Source: Octopus bimaculoides
Taxonomy: Eukaryota
Direction: 5' to 3'
NCBI RefSeq assembly: GCF_001194135.2
Contig: NC_068985.1
Span: forward strand, 121,974,926 to 122,038,925
DNA: 64,000 bases
In this document: piece by piece, positions 51,320 to 62,676 of the stretch
How positions within the stretch are numbered: position 1 is the stretch's first letter
How the letters are laid out: each line of letters opens with the position of its first letter
Position numbers and translations under genes: made by a program
The notes under the pieces: model-generated
What the model was told of the DNA's origin: nothing
The model's database searches: none
What the model saw: only the letters and a program-made list of their open reading frames with translations

Positions 51320-53881
51320 AATACTAACTTCAGGAAACCTGCCAGTCACCTAGTCCCCTACCGATCTGGTGGACACAGTAACCAAATTGCCTACATTCTC
51401 GCCGGAAAAAGGGAAAGATGGCTGTTTATAAATGCCTTCCCAGGTGAAGAATGTACCCCACAGCATAAACTAGTAGTTAGCGACTTCTGGATCAGGGCTA
51501 AATGGATGCCCAGAAGACGACCAGCATGGTGGACAATGGTCTGAAAGCTTAAAGATCCTGCGAATGGACAGAGATTTAGAAACACATTACTCGAAGCTTT
51601 TGATGAAATAGAGGGGGATATAGCATCACATCATGTGGCAGACAATTGGAGGTTTCTATGGGACAACCTGCTGAGGGCCGCTGACCAAATCTGTGGATGG
51701 TGTCAAGTCCCTTCTCTACCCAAGGTAACCTGGTGGTGGAACAATGTTGACTGGGCCATTAAGGAAAAGAAACCCTGGAAGAATGGTGGTAGCAGGGAAT
51801 TGTATCAGACTGCCAGAAGAGAAGCTAGGAGACAGGTTTACTTAGCCAGAGGGGAAGCAGATAAGAAAAAAATTTGCCAATGTTCTGTGCCGTGAGGACC
51901 AAAGACTTGAAGTGTTTTGTGTTGCAAGACAGTGTGTGAGAGAGAATCGTGATGTCGTAGGTGAGAAATGTGTCCACTTGGATGATGGTTCCTTTGCACT
52001 AAACAAGGCTACAAAGAGAGAGGTCTGGAGATGTCACTATGAAAGGTTACTCAATAAAGAGAATGAATGGGAGAAAGAGAATCTGCCAAATGTCGACCCA
52101 ACAGAGGGACCAGCTATCCTAATTGACAGTACCTTGGTAGGTAAAGCAATTAAGGGTATGAAGACAGGGAAAGCTACACCAGTCATACCCAATGACTGGT
52201 GTAGTAGCACCATAGTCAACTGCTACAAAGGTAAAGGTGACCCTTTAGATACAAATAATTACAGAGGTATCAAGTTGTTGGATCAAATAATGAAGGTCAC
52301 GGATAGGGTCATAGCCCAACTAATTAGGGAGAGAGTCAGTCTAGATGAGATGGGTTCGTGCCAGGGAAAAGCACCACTGATGGTAAGACAGCTGCAGGAG
52401 AAATACCTAGCCAAGGATAAACCTCTGTACCTGGCTTTCATTGACATGGAGAAAGCTTTTGACAGGGTCCCCCGATCCCTTATCTGGTGGTCAATGAGGA
52501 AACTAGGGATAGATGAATGGTTAGTGAGAGCTGTGCGAGCCATGTGCAGGGATGCTGTCAGTAAGTTGAGGGTTGGCAATGAGTACAGTGAAGAATTCTG
52601 GGTAGGGGTCCACCAAAGATCAGTCCTCAGCCCCCTCTTATTCATCATAGTCCTCCAGGCAATAGCAGAGGAATTCAAGACAGGATGCCCCTGGGACCTT
52701 CTCTGTGCTGATGACCATGCTCTAATAGCTGAGTCACTATCAAAACTAGAGGAAAAGTTTCAGGTGTGGAAGTAAGGATTAGAATCAAAGGGCTTTAGAG
52801 TCAACCTGGCTAAAATCAAAGTCTTAAAAAGTAGGAAAGCAGACAAACCACAAATCCCTTCAGGTAGATGGCCCTGCTCAATCTGTGGAAAAGGTGTAGG
52901 TAGAAACTCCATAAGATGTACTCGGTGTAAGCTATGGACACATGAAAGGTGCAGCAATATCAAAGGAAGGCAGATGCTCAGGAGCAATAAACACTGAAAA
53001 TGTGCAGAGAACAGCTTCTGTCACATTCCAGGGAGAAAAACTACAAGTAGTTGATAGCTTCCGTTACCTAGGTGACCAAGTCAGTAGCGGGGGTGGATGC
53101 TCTGAGAGTGTAGCTGCTAGAATAAGAATAGCCTGGGCAAAGTTTAGAGAGCTCCTACCTCTGCTGGTGACAAAGGGCCTCTCACTCAGAGTGAAAGGTA
53201 GACTGTATGATGCATGTGTATGAACAACCATGCTACATGACAGTGAAACATGGGCTGTGACTGCTGAGAACATTCATAAGCTTGTAAGGAATGAAGCCAG
53301 TATGCTCTGCTGGATGTGTAATGTCAAAGTTCATAAACGACAGAGTGTAAGCGCCCTGAGAGAATAGTTGGACTTTAGAAGCATCAGATGTGGTGTGCAA
53401 GAGAGACAACTGCGCTGGTGTGGTCATGTGTTGTGAATGGATGCGGACAGCTGTGTAAAAAAGTGTCACACCCTAACAGTTGAGGGAAGATGTAGACCCA
53501 GGAAGACCTGGGATGAGGTGGTCAAGCACGACCTTCAAACATTGGGCCTTACCGAGACAATGACTAGTGACTGAGACCTTTGGAGATATGCTGTACTTGA
53601 GAAGACCCAACAAGCCAAGTGAGACCATAACCTGTGGTGTATAACCAGCCCACTTATGATTACCTTTCATTCATTGGACAATAAACTTTGCTTCCGAACA
53701 TGTTCGTTGCCAGGGCTGCTGACTGGCTCCCGTGTCGGTGGCATGTAAAAAGCACCATTTGAGCGTGATCGTTGCCAGATCAGATTGGAGCCTGATGCAG
53801 CCTGCTGGCTCGCCAGTCTTCAGTCAAACCGTCCAACCCATGCCAGCATGGAAAGTGGACATTAAATGACAACGATGATGA
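51320..53881 (+). mobile_element. Longest RTE LINE copy (APE C-terminus, RT, PHD-like finger, C-terminus, 3' UTR), inactivated
   Basis: QIAYILA..FPGEECTPQHKLVVSDF; NNYRGIKLL; FIDMEKAFDRVPR; GVHQRSVLSPLLF; LLCADD; VVDSFRYLG; several stops and frameshifts; RTE tail. Confidence 0.92.
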
Positions 53882-54426
53882 TATCATTCACACATGGCAG
53901 TTTGTGAATAATATTCTTAATGTCAAGTTTTACTTACTCATGGTCAATTTGATACTTCACCACTAATTCAGTTTTTTGCACTATGATGAACCAGTGGTAA
54001 GCTTTTGGTTCAGTAGAAAAAAAGTTATGATAAAAGATGTAGGGCCAAAAATGGGAGAGTAATGCCCAATATTTACTTGGACTTGTAATTTCTCAGTTGT
54101 TTGAAAAGCAAACTATACTTTAATTATCTGTATGTAAAAAACTGAGGATGTGTGTGTGTAAACTCACATAACTTCTGAAGTTCGCAACTGATTTTCTCCA
54201 AATTGTGATCATACATTGCTTATGTTCCAGAGATGGTTTTAGACTCTTAAAATTTTTCACATGATGAGTAATGGGGCCCCCGAGGGCAGAAAAACCCCTT
54301 TCATGAGTAAACAATGTGAACGATCTCATAACTTGGTTGCTTTGTTGGTTCAAGGGACATTACTCTTAATGACATACTTATGTTGATTTCTCTAGCTCTC
54401 TATATATTATATTATATAATTTTATA

Positions 54427-54590
54427 CAGGGTGCATAAGGTATTTGAGGACATACCTTTCTTGGGTCATTGCTGCATTTTTTGCTACCTGTGTATAATCT
54501 TTGTTTCAGAAAATAATAATGGTAGACCATCAGCTTTCTCAAGAAATGAAGAGGCATGCTGTTATTGTGGTTATAAAGGCTGAGCGTATA
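54427..54590 (+). mobile_element. Tc1/mariner left end and transposase start
   Basis: TA|CAGGGTG terminus; ATG at 54519 gives MVDHQLSQEMKRHAVIVVIKAE, truncated by a microsatellite. Confidence 0.5.
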
Positions 54591-54708
54591 CACATACATA
54601 CATACATATAGATATATACATACATACACACATGTATATACATATATATATATATATATACATACACATACATGCATACATATATATTTATATACATATA
54701 TACCGTTC

Positions 54709-54950
54709 ATCATCGTTTAACGTCCGCCTTCCATGCTGGCATGGGTTGGACGATTTGACTGAGGACTGGAGAACCAGATGGCTGCACCAGGTACCAATCT
54801 GATCTGGAAGAGTTTCTACAACTGGATGCCCTTCCTAACGCAAGCCACTCCGAGACTGTAGTGAGTGCCACTGGCACGAGGGCCAGTCAAGTGGTACTGG
54901 CAATGGCCATGCTCAAATGGTGTTTTTTACGTGCCACCTACACTGGCAAC
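54709..54950 (-). mobile_element. Non-coding element with RTE 3' tail
   Basis: Same sequence as 43664-43902. Confidence 0.8.
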
Positions 54951-54964
54951 AACCTCGCTCGTAT

Positions 54965-55008
54965 ATTTTTCATATACATATATGTATAGACATAAATATA
55001 TCTTTACA

Positions 55009-55094
<86 letters not shown>

Positions 55095-55406
55095 TATACA
55101 TACATATACATTGTTGCATATATATATATATATATATATACACATACATATATACATATCCGTATATATACACTCATCTATATATACATATACATATGCA
55201 CTCATCTATATATATATATACATATAAATATACATATATATATGCATATATATTCATATATACACACACATATATATACACACATATATACGTATACATA
55301 TATATATATATATACACATACATATATATGTATACATATATATACACATACATATATATATGTATACATATATACACATACATATATATGTATATATATA
55401 TATATA
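54965..55406. repeat. Long compound (TA)n/(TATACA)n microsatellite
   Basis: Direct sequence. Confidence 0.95.
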
Positions 55407-55629
55407 AAACAGTCTGTACAAACATTCCTCATATATTACTACTGAGTAATTTGCTATTTATTCTTTGCATCAATCTCTTGTCAAAACTGCTGAAATTACA
55501 AGGCTTTTTGTTTTATATAAAAGTGTAATAAAATTTAGAGAAAGTCAGTATTTTCACTTAGACATATGACATTGTAAGGTCAGCTGAAGTTACTGACTAT
55601 TGAACCACCTTTAGACTGATTTTAGTAAT

Positions 55630-55903
55630 TTGTCATTCCCTCGTGCCAGTAGCACGTAAAAAGAACTATCTGAACATGATCAATGCCAGGACTGCCTGAC
55701 TGGCTCCTGTGCCAGTGGCATGTAAAAAGCACCCACTTCACTCTTGGAGTGATTGGCGTTAGGAAGGGCATCCAGCTGTAGAAACTCTGCCAAAGCAGAT
55801 TGGAGCCTGGTGTAGCCATCTGGTTTCACCAGTCCTCAGTCAAATCGTCCAACCCATGCTAGCATGGAAAGCGGACGTCAAACGACGACGATGATGATGA
55901 TGA
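55630..55903 (+). mobile_element. Non-coding element with RTE 3' tail and two hairpin repeat units
   Basis: gccagtagcacgtaaaa..gccagtggcatgtaaaaagcaccc..aacccatgctagcatggaaagcggacg(GAC/GAT)n. Confidence 0.8.
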
Positions 55904-55931
55904 TATATATACATATAGATAGCTAGATAGA

Positions 55932-56586
55932 TACTATTCAAGAAGAGTGGTCCCGGTGCGCGCACTCGCACTAGCTAGTCGTGACTAGTCGATCCTACAA
56001 CGACTATCTAGAGCGAATGCACAAAACATGTAAGAGGTTTTTTTTTAAAGTAAATAATTTTTTTTAAAACAAAGCAAATAAAACACAGTAAATAATTTTC
56101 TTTTGTTGAATCTTCCCCATCTTACTCTTAAAACGTCTTTTTTACGTTCTTCCAGGGAGTATTTTGGTGTCATATCTATTTCAGTAATCCCATTGTACAA
56201 CTCCAACAATCAGAATATATAGTCCTCCCTGGTTTGATAAATTTTTTAATAAGTGGGAGAAGAGTTTCATAAGAACGGTCAGGTACAAAGACTAAAACCT
56301 ATTTTTATCCTCTCTATCCCAGCCTCCGTTGTATTTGCGCTTGCACATCATAGATTCATCTATTTCTACGATGTGCCCAAGTCCACCAATTTGGTAGGGG
56401 TTACGCAAAAGATAATTACTTGTAATGCCCCTCATGTACTGATTATTTACTTTGTTTAGAAAAAACCCTCATACATGTTTTGCGCATGACGCGCACTCGC
56501 ACTAGATAGTCGTAGGATCAACTAGCCACGACTAGCTAGCGCGAATGTGCGACTGCGCGCACGGGGACCACTCTTCTTGAATAGTA
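55932..56586 (-). mobile_element. Internally deleted Merlin (IS1595/IS1016-like DDE) transposon
   Basis: About 85-bp imperfect TIRs starting tactattcaagaagagtggtccc; - strand 56417-56200 reads YQIGGLGHIVEIDESMMCKRKYN-GGWDREDKNRF/VFVPDRSYETLLPLIKKFIKPGRTIYSDCW. Confidence 0.85.
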
Positions 56587-57317
56587 CTATGTGTATATAT
56601 ATATATATATATATATAATGTGTTTATGAGATATGCATACATACACACTGGTTGTGCTCCAGCATAGTGCAGTAAATAAGTCTTATTTCATGATAAATCT
56701 TTTCAGTTTCATGAGAAAGCTGAGAAAAGGTTATATACATGCAATATCTATCCAACTTCAATTGTACGGCTTTGATATTTAAAATAGCATATTCTGTGTC
56801 AAACACTGTATGTATGTGTCCGTCCGTCCCTTCATTCTCTTGTAATATTTCAGGTATGGAAGGAGTTGAATATTTTTTGTTTCCCTACTTGCATCAGTTG
56901 TGTATATGAGTTACCTCCCCTCATACGCCCGTTTGTCTTGATTATTTGGGGTTCCTACAATCAAGTATTGTTTTTTATTATAATTTCATGCATTGTAAGT
57001 ATCGACCTCAGTACCTGACTAGTACTTTATTATATGAACCCCAAAATAAATGAAAAGCAAAGTTGCATTTTTTCCGATGCTGTAAAGCTTCTTGCAAATA
57101 CACACTCCTGCTACAATCATCTCCACTTCAAGTCTCAAGTGTGTACGTGGTCACTTGAAATGCTAGAAATAACAGCCAAATTTCTCTCAATCACACATTA
57201 CTGTTTTACAAAAATACGCGTTGGTTAACCTGGTCTGGGATCCCCACCACATAGGAAAAAGGCTGGATGGTCATGTTCGAATGTATGAACCAATGAAAAA
57301 GGCCCTACAGTCTAAAT

Positions 57318-57704
57318 GAGGAATGGACAACTTTCGTCAACTGGGGGCCGCATCGTACCATTTCCAAGTGGAAGAGGGCCACATGATAAAACACATATGC
57401 ATGAAATATTATTTGCCCATTTTACACTGAATTTTTTGCAGTTCTTAATTTTTATTTATCTTACTAGTGTAAATAAATTATAGTTTGAAATATTGATGTC
57501 AAAAAAAAAAAAAAGGAAAAGGAAAATTCATTGATATTTTATTAAAGAACAAATTTCATTCTCTGTATCAATGAGATTTTTGCACATTGACATTCTTTAC
57601 CATATTTTCAATATTAGGTAAAATTCGAGATGTCGCTACTCTTAGGTTATGCTGCAAATTAGTAACCTCGGAACTCGTCGAGGGCCACAGGTTGCCCATG
57701 CATG
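57318..57704. mobile_element. Decayed hAT-like MITE
   Basis: Ends gaggaatggacaact / ggttgcccatgcatg; TSD-like gtctaaat / gtctatgt. Confidence 0.45.
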
Positions 57705-58831
57705 GTCTATGTTGTCATTCGACATGCTAGAAATAACAGCCGAATTCCCTCGAATTACACCTTACTGTCTTAGCTAGAAATCGCTTTGTTTTCATGGTCC
57801 TAAGTTCACTCCACAGGAAAAAGTTAGAATAGTAATGGCTTGAATGCTTTTGATCATGGCATTGCTAACTCAGAGATGACTTAGGTTTCATTAAATAATA
57901 ACCTTCACATTGTGTGTGGTTGCTTGCTTGCTGTCTCTCAAAGCAAAATTCTTGTTATGAATCAAAAGTTGAATGGGACAATCTAAGTTCATAACTCAAA
58001 GAAATTTACATCTTTGAATTCTTTAGAAATACTCAGATTAGGAATTTATTTCTTTCCACTTTGTGTCTTTTAGGTGGCGCTTAAGGCTTTCATTCTCTTT
58101 GTCTGTCTGTCTGTCTGTCTCTCTCTTTCTCTCTCCCCTCTCTCTCTCTCTCTCCCCCTCCCTCTCCCTCCATATTGCTCCGTCTATGAGGTTTGAACCA
58201 AGTTTCCCTTTTTCCAAGTGAGGAACCACTACTTTCACAAGGTGTTGGTGATTCTTCTGACTGTTTGAAGTTTCTGCAATCAGAAGTTCCTTTCTTTGTA
58301 TTTCTTTCTATTTAGCCTCAGTTGACTGGCTTAGTGCCTAACCTTCAATGAATGAAGTAGGGCCTTAGTTTTCTGTCAGAGCTTCTTTATCCTAGACCAG
58401 TGATTCGCAACCTATGATCCACAAAAGTAGTACTGGACGTCTGTGAAATAAATTCAAAATTTCATATATATATANNNNNNNNNNTATATATACATATATA
58501 TATATATATACATGCACACACACACACACACACATATAGTGTTGATTTCTATGCCTCTATCTCTAAGGAACTGCTAGATAAAGCCCTCACCTTCGCAATC
58601 AAATTTATAGAAATTAGTACACAAGATAAGGACATGTACATGGGTGTGAGGGCACGCATTTGTATGTATGGACTGGTGCGCTTATGTGAATACTATGGAC
58701 ATTTTTACTCCCTTACCTTTACTCTCTATCCCCTGACTTAGCGGTCATTCTAATAGCTCCTTTGTCTTAATAACGGTCAACCACACAGTAATTTCCCTTT
58801 GTTTAACAGTCATTTGCATAGCAATTTTCAA

Positions 58832-58905
58832 TGGCCAGATAACTGAAGAGATGGCGGCGTGGGTTTCCGCCCCAACATCCGATACTCGGAGTTTTATCAT
58901 GGCTA
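58832..58905 (+). ncRNA. Type I hammerhead-like motif with GAAA->GAUA core mutation
   Basis: uggcca-gauaa-CUGAAGA-GAUG(..)CAUC-c-GAUA-C-ucgga-GUU/uuauc-a-uggcua; stem I 5 bp perfect, extendable to 11 bp with one bulge. Confidence 0.55.
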
Positions 58906-59123
58906 CCAAATAATTGTCACATATTTTACAGATAAGTGACTATGACATAATATACAAAATGACTCATTACATAACCTAAACCTCCACACTGACTCATTTC
59001 ACAAGCTCCACATAATAAAACAACGGCTATCTAGTCCAACGAAAATGCTTTTTCTTGTATTTGTTGCTCCATTCTCCAAGTAAATATATATACACACACA
59101 TACACAATCATATACACACACCC

Positions 59124-59154
<31 letters not shown>

Positions 59155-59185
59155 CACAATCATATACACACACACACACATACAT

Positions 59186-59242
<57 letters not shown>

Positions 59243-60067
59243 NNNNNNNNNNNNNNNNNNNNNNNNNNNNNNNNNNNNNNNNNNNNNNNNNNNNNNNNNN
59301 NNNNNNNNNNNNNNNNNNNNNNNNNNNNNNNNNNNNNNNNNNNNNNNNNNNNNNNNNNNNNNNNNNNNNNNNNNNNNNNNNNNNNNNNNNNNNNNNNNNN
59401 NNNNNNNNNNNNNNNNNNNNNNNNNNNNNNNNNNNNNNNNNNNNNNNNNNNNNNNNNNNNNNNNNNNNNNNNNNNNNNNNNNNNNNNNNNNNNNNNNNNN
59501 NNNNNNNNNNNNNNNNNNNNNNNNNNNNNNNNNNNNNNNNNNNNNNNNNNNNNNNNNNNNNNNNNNNNNNNNNNNNNNNNNNNNNNNNNNNNNNNNNNNN
59601 NNNNNNNNNNNNNNNNNNNNNNNNNNNNNNNNNNNNNNNNNNNNNNNNNNNNNNNNNNNNNNNNNNNNNNNNNNNNNNNNNNNNNNNNNNNNNNNNNNNN
59701 NNNNNNNNNNNNNNNNNNNNNNNNNNNNNNNNNNNNNNNNNNNNNNNNNNNNNNNNNNNNNNNNNNNNNNNNNNNNNNNNNNNNNNNNNNNNNNNNNNNN
59801 NNNNNNNNNNNNNNNNNNNNNNNNNNNNNNNNNNNNNNNNNNNNNNNNNNNNNNNNNNNNNNNNNNNNNNNNNNNNNNNNNNNNNNNNNNNNNNNNNNNN
59901 NNNNNNNNNNNNNNNNNNNNNNNNNNNNNNNNNNNNNNNNNNNNNNNNNNNNNNNNNNNNNNNNNNNNNNNNNNNNNNNNNNNNNNNNNNNNNNNNNNNN
60001 NNNNNNNNNNNNNNNNNNNNNNNNNNNNNNNNNNNNNNNNNNTATATATATATATATATATATATAT

Positions 60068-60337
60068 ATGTTTGTCCCCCCAACATCACTTGACAACTGA
60101 TGGTGGTGTGTTTATGTCCCTGTAACTTAGCAGTTCGGCAACAGAGACCAATAGTGGAAGTACTAGGCTTACAAGGAATAAGTCTGAGTGGTTGGCGTTA
60201 GGAAGGGCATCCAGCTGTAGAAACTCTGCCAAATTAGATTGGAGCCTGGTGTAGCCATCCGGTTGCACCAGTCCTCAGTCAAATCGTCCAACCCATGCTA
60301 GCATGGAAAGCGGACGTTAAACGATGATGATGATGAT
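60068..60337 (+). mobile_element. Chimera of a CORE-SINE tail (60068-60185) and an RTE tail (60185-60337)
   Basis: tttgtccccccaacatcacttgac..aggaataagtc switches directly to tgagtggttggcgttaggaagggcatcc..(GAT)n. Confidence 0.75.
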
Positions 60338-62624
60338 ATATTATATATTTGTATATACATTTTTATTCGGCTGTTTAAATGTTTTGCCCCCAAAATGCAT
60401 TATACAATAAACTGCTAAAATTATAATGAAAAAGGAAAAGAAAAGAAAATTCAACTTATTCATTTTAGTCTTAAAAAGAATCTAAATTGTATAAACTTTT
60501 ATAATTAAGTCAATATTTTATCTCAGTATTCCAGACTGTGGATATTTGTTTAGTGCTGACCCAGACTCTTACTTTGTTACCACATATTTGTATTTAACTA
60601 ACTTTCACCTTTATCTTTCATATTTCCAGAATTGATTAAAAAATTATCTTTAAACTGAAGAAAAAAAAATGCTGGAAATTTATTGCAGCCAACTTATTCT
60701 ACTTTACTTTTTTCCTTATAGTTATGTAAAATAAATAGATTTTGAAAATGTAGAAATAGAGCCTTGTGTCTTTACAAAAGAAACCATACTCAATTCTTTC
60801 ATTTATAAAAACAGGTTCTCACTGAAGATATAAACTTCTGGGTTCTGGGATTGTTTTTTTTTTTTTTTTACATAACTGCATTTGCTTTAGTTTTTAATCA
60901 ATTATTTTATTCCAAAGTTTCACCGTCTACATTTGCTGTATAGTTTTAAAAATCTGGTCATTAGTATGAAGACTTTTATAAGAACATTTTTACTACTGGC
61001 TTGCCTTTGTTAGCATCTTTGAAATAAGCACATTAAAACAGTCTAGTTATCCACTGTCTAGATGCTTGCATGAACTCACACACACGCTATCATTTATTTG
61101 TTCATTGAGCACACAGTCTCATTGTGTTCTCTCCTACTAGCTGATATACTGTTTTAGGACACTTGCTTAAGGATATATAAATATGTGTATGTGTGTATAT
61201 TCTTCTCTACTTTTTATGATATGTAAAAGATATTAATGGTGGCTGAGTTTGTCTTTCATTTCTCTAGTGTCAATAAAATAAATACCAATCGTTTGACTGA
61301 AAGCATTTTAGTATAGTTTCATCTCCCTCACCAAAGTTGGCTTTGTCTGTCTTTCTCCAGGAGGAAACAGAATAATTAGTGACGATGTTCTGGAATCAGT
61401 TCATGTTCTTATATTCTTACACTCTAAATTTCTTATCACTGGAAGAAAAATCCTTAAGAAGTTGTGAAACAGTAAAATATTAGAGTAATTTAATTTCTTT
61501 CCTTTTAGCTGGCAGTTCAAATCTTGATCAGATGCTTGGAACCAACTCCAAATGTGCTAGAGTTAAATCCGGTCAGGAACTGCATTGCATATTGTCATAT
61601 AGTGTTTCTCATTAGAAAGATCTGCAAAGGAAAAAAGCAAATTGTTTTGTTTAATAAAATTAAACAGGTTTTAACTTTTCCAGTACCCTTTTTTATCTTC
61701 TCCCTGACTTGTCCAATACCCTATTTTATTTTCTCATTAACAAAGAGGGTACTTTTTTTTTTCTTTATGTGTGGTTGAGGGACCTGGTATTTGACAGTTT
61801 GGAAACCACTGACAGAGATTGGTTATGTAGTATGGTGTCTCATAAGTAATACTAGAGCTATGGGTGTATAGTTCTACGTAGAGGGGTTGAGAAAATAGAT
61901 ACTCGCTAGAGTTGATTCTTCTACCAATACATTTCCTTCAACTGTTGACCTTATGCCTTGTAAATTGTCACTTTTTTATCCCCAGTATGATTTGAATCTT
62001 TGTTCTGCATTTATCTTAACTCCTACCTACATCATACTTCAACTCCTATCATGCTAATTTGAATAAGGCATTAAATGAAACAAAAATTATTTTAGAGAGA
62101 GAATTTATCTATTTTAAAAAATCTTAGCTTTTTTGAAAATGGTCATATCAGTTTCATAAAATAATTTTTTTAAAAATTCTGTTAAAAGATGCTTTATCTT
62201 GTAGACCCCCAATTTCTTTTATAGTAACCTAAGGTTTGTCTGGAACTAATGAGGGGAAACGCTACTCTATGGTTCACTTTTATCTGTATTAAATGGCAGA
62301 GTATAAGATATTGAAATAGCATCTCCTGTATTGTAAATTCATATCTGCATTTCATTGTCCCCATACAAGTGGAAGACAAGCAGAAGTTGTTAGAGCTTTG
62401 GACTGAATGTCTTGTAATATTTCTTATGGCTCTCAGTGCCCTGTGTTCAAATCCCTCCAAAGTCAACTTTACCTTTCATTCTTTTAGAGTCCATAAAATA
62501 AAAGACTTGTTTAGGTTGGTGGATTGGCATAATTATGAGAGGGATAATTTGCAGTATCCCTTCTAGTTCATGATATTCTGAGTTCAAATTCCACTTGCTA
62601 TTACTACCACCTTTCTCATTGCAG

Positions 62625-62676
62625 AGAAAACAGGGTTTTCGAGATGCAGCTAATGATGATGGGCCTCCTTTATCAG
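62625..62676 (+). CDS. Candidate exon (RKQGFRDAANDDGPPLSG)
   Basis: Acceptor cctttctcattgcag; phase 0 fits the 40898-40977 candidate; donor CAG|GTGGAT is weak. Confidence 0.3.

Noticed and set aside
51173-51544. 123-aa ORF as a host gene
   Set aside because: An accidental fusion of the antisense SINE with the RTE endonuclease fragment.
42069-55528. YI/HT/CV-repeat ORFs at about 42.1-43.0 kb and 54.9-55.5 kb
   Set aside because: Translations of (TA)n/(CA)n microsatellites.
1322-60125. Long ORFs consisting mainly of X (1322-2222, 21184-22195, 43740-44325, 47833-48149, 49003-49944, 58999-60125)
   Set aside because: They are open only because they cross N gaps.
61335-61400. Strong-looking splice acceptor ctttgtctgtctttctccag
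   Set aside because: Lies in a decayed SINE body and no good donor follows.
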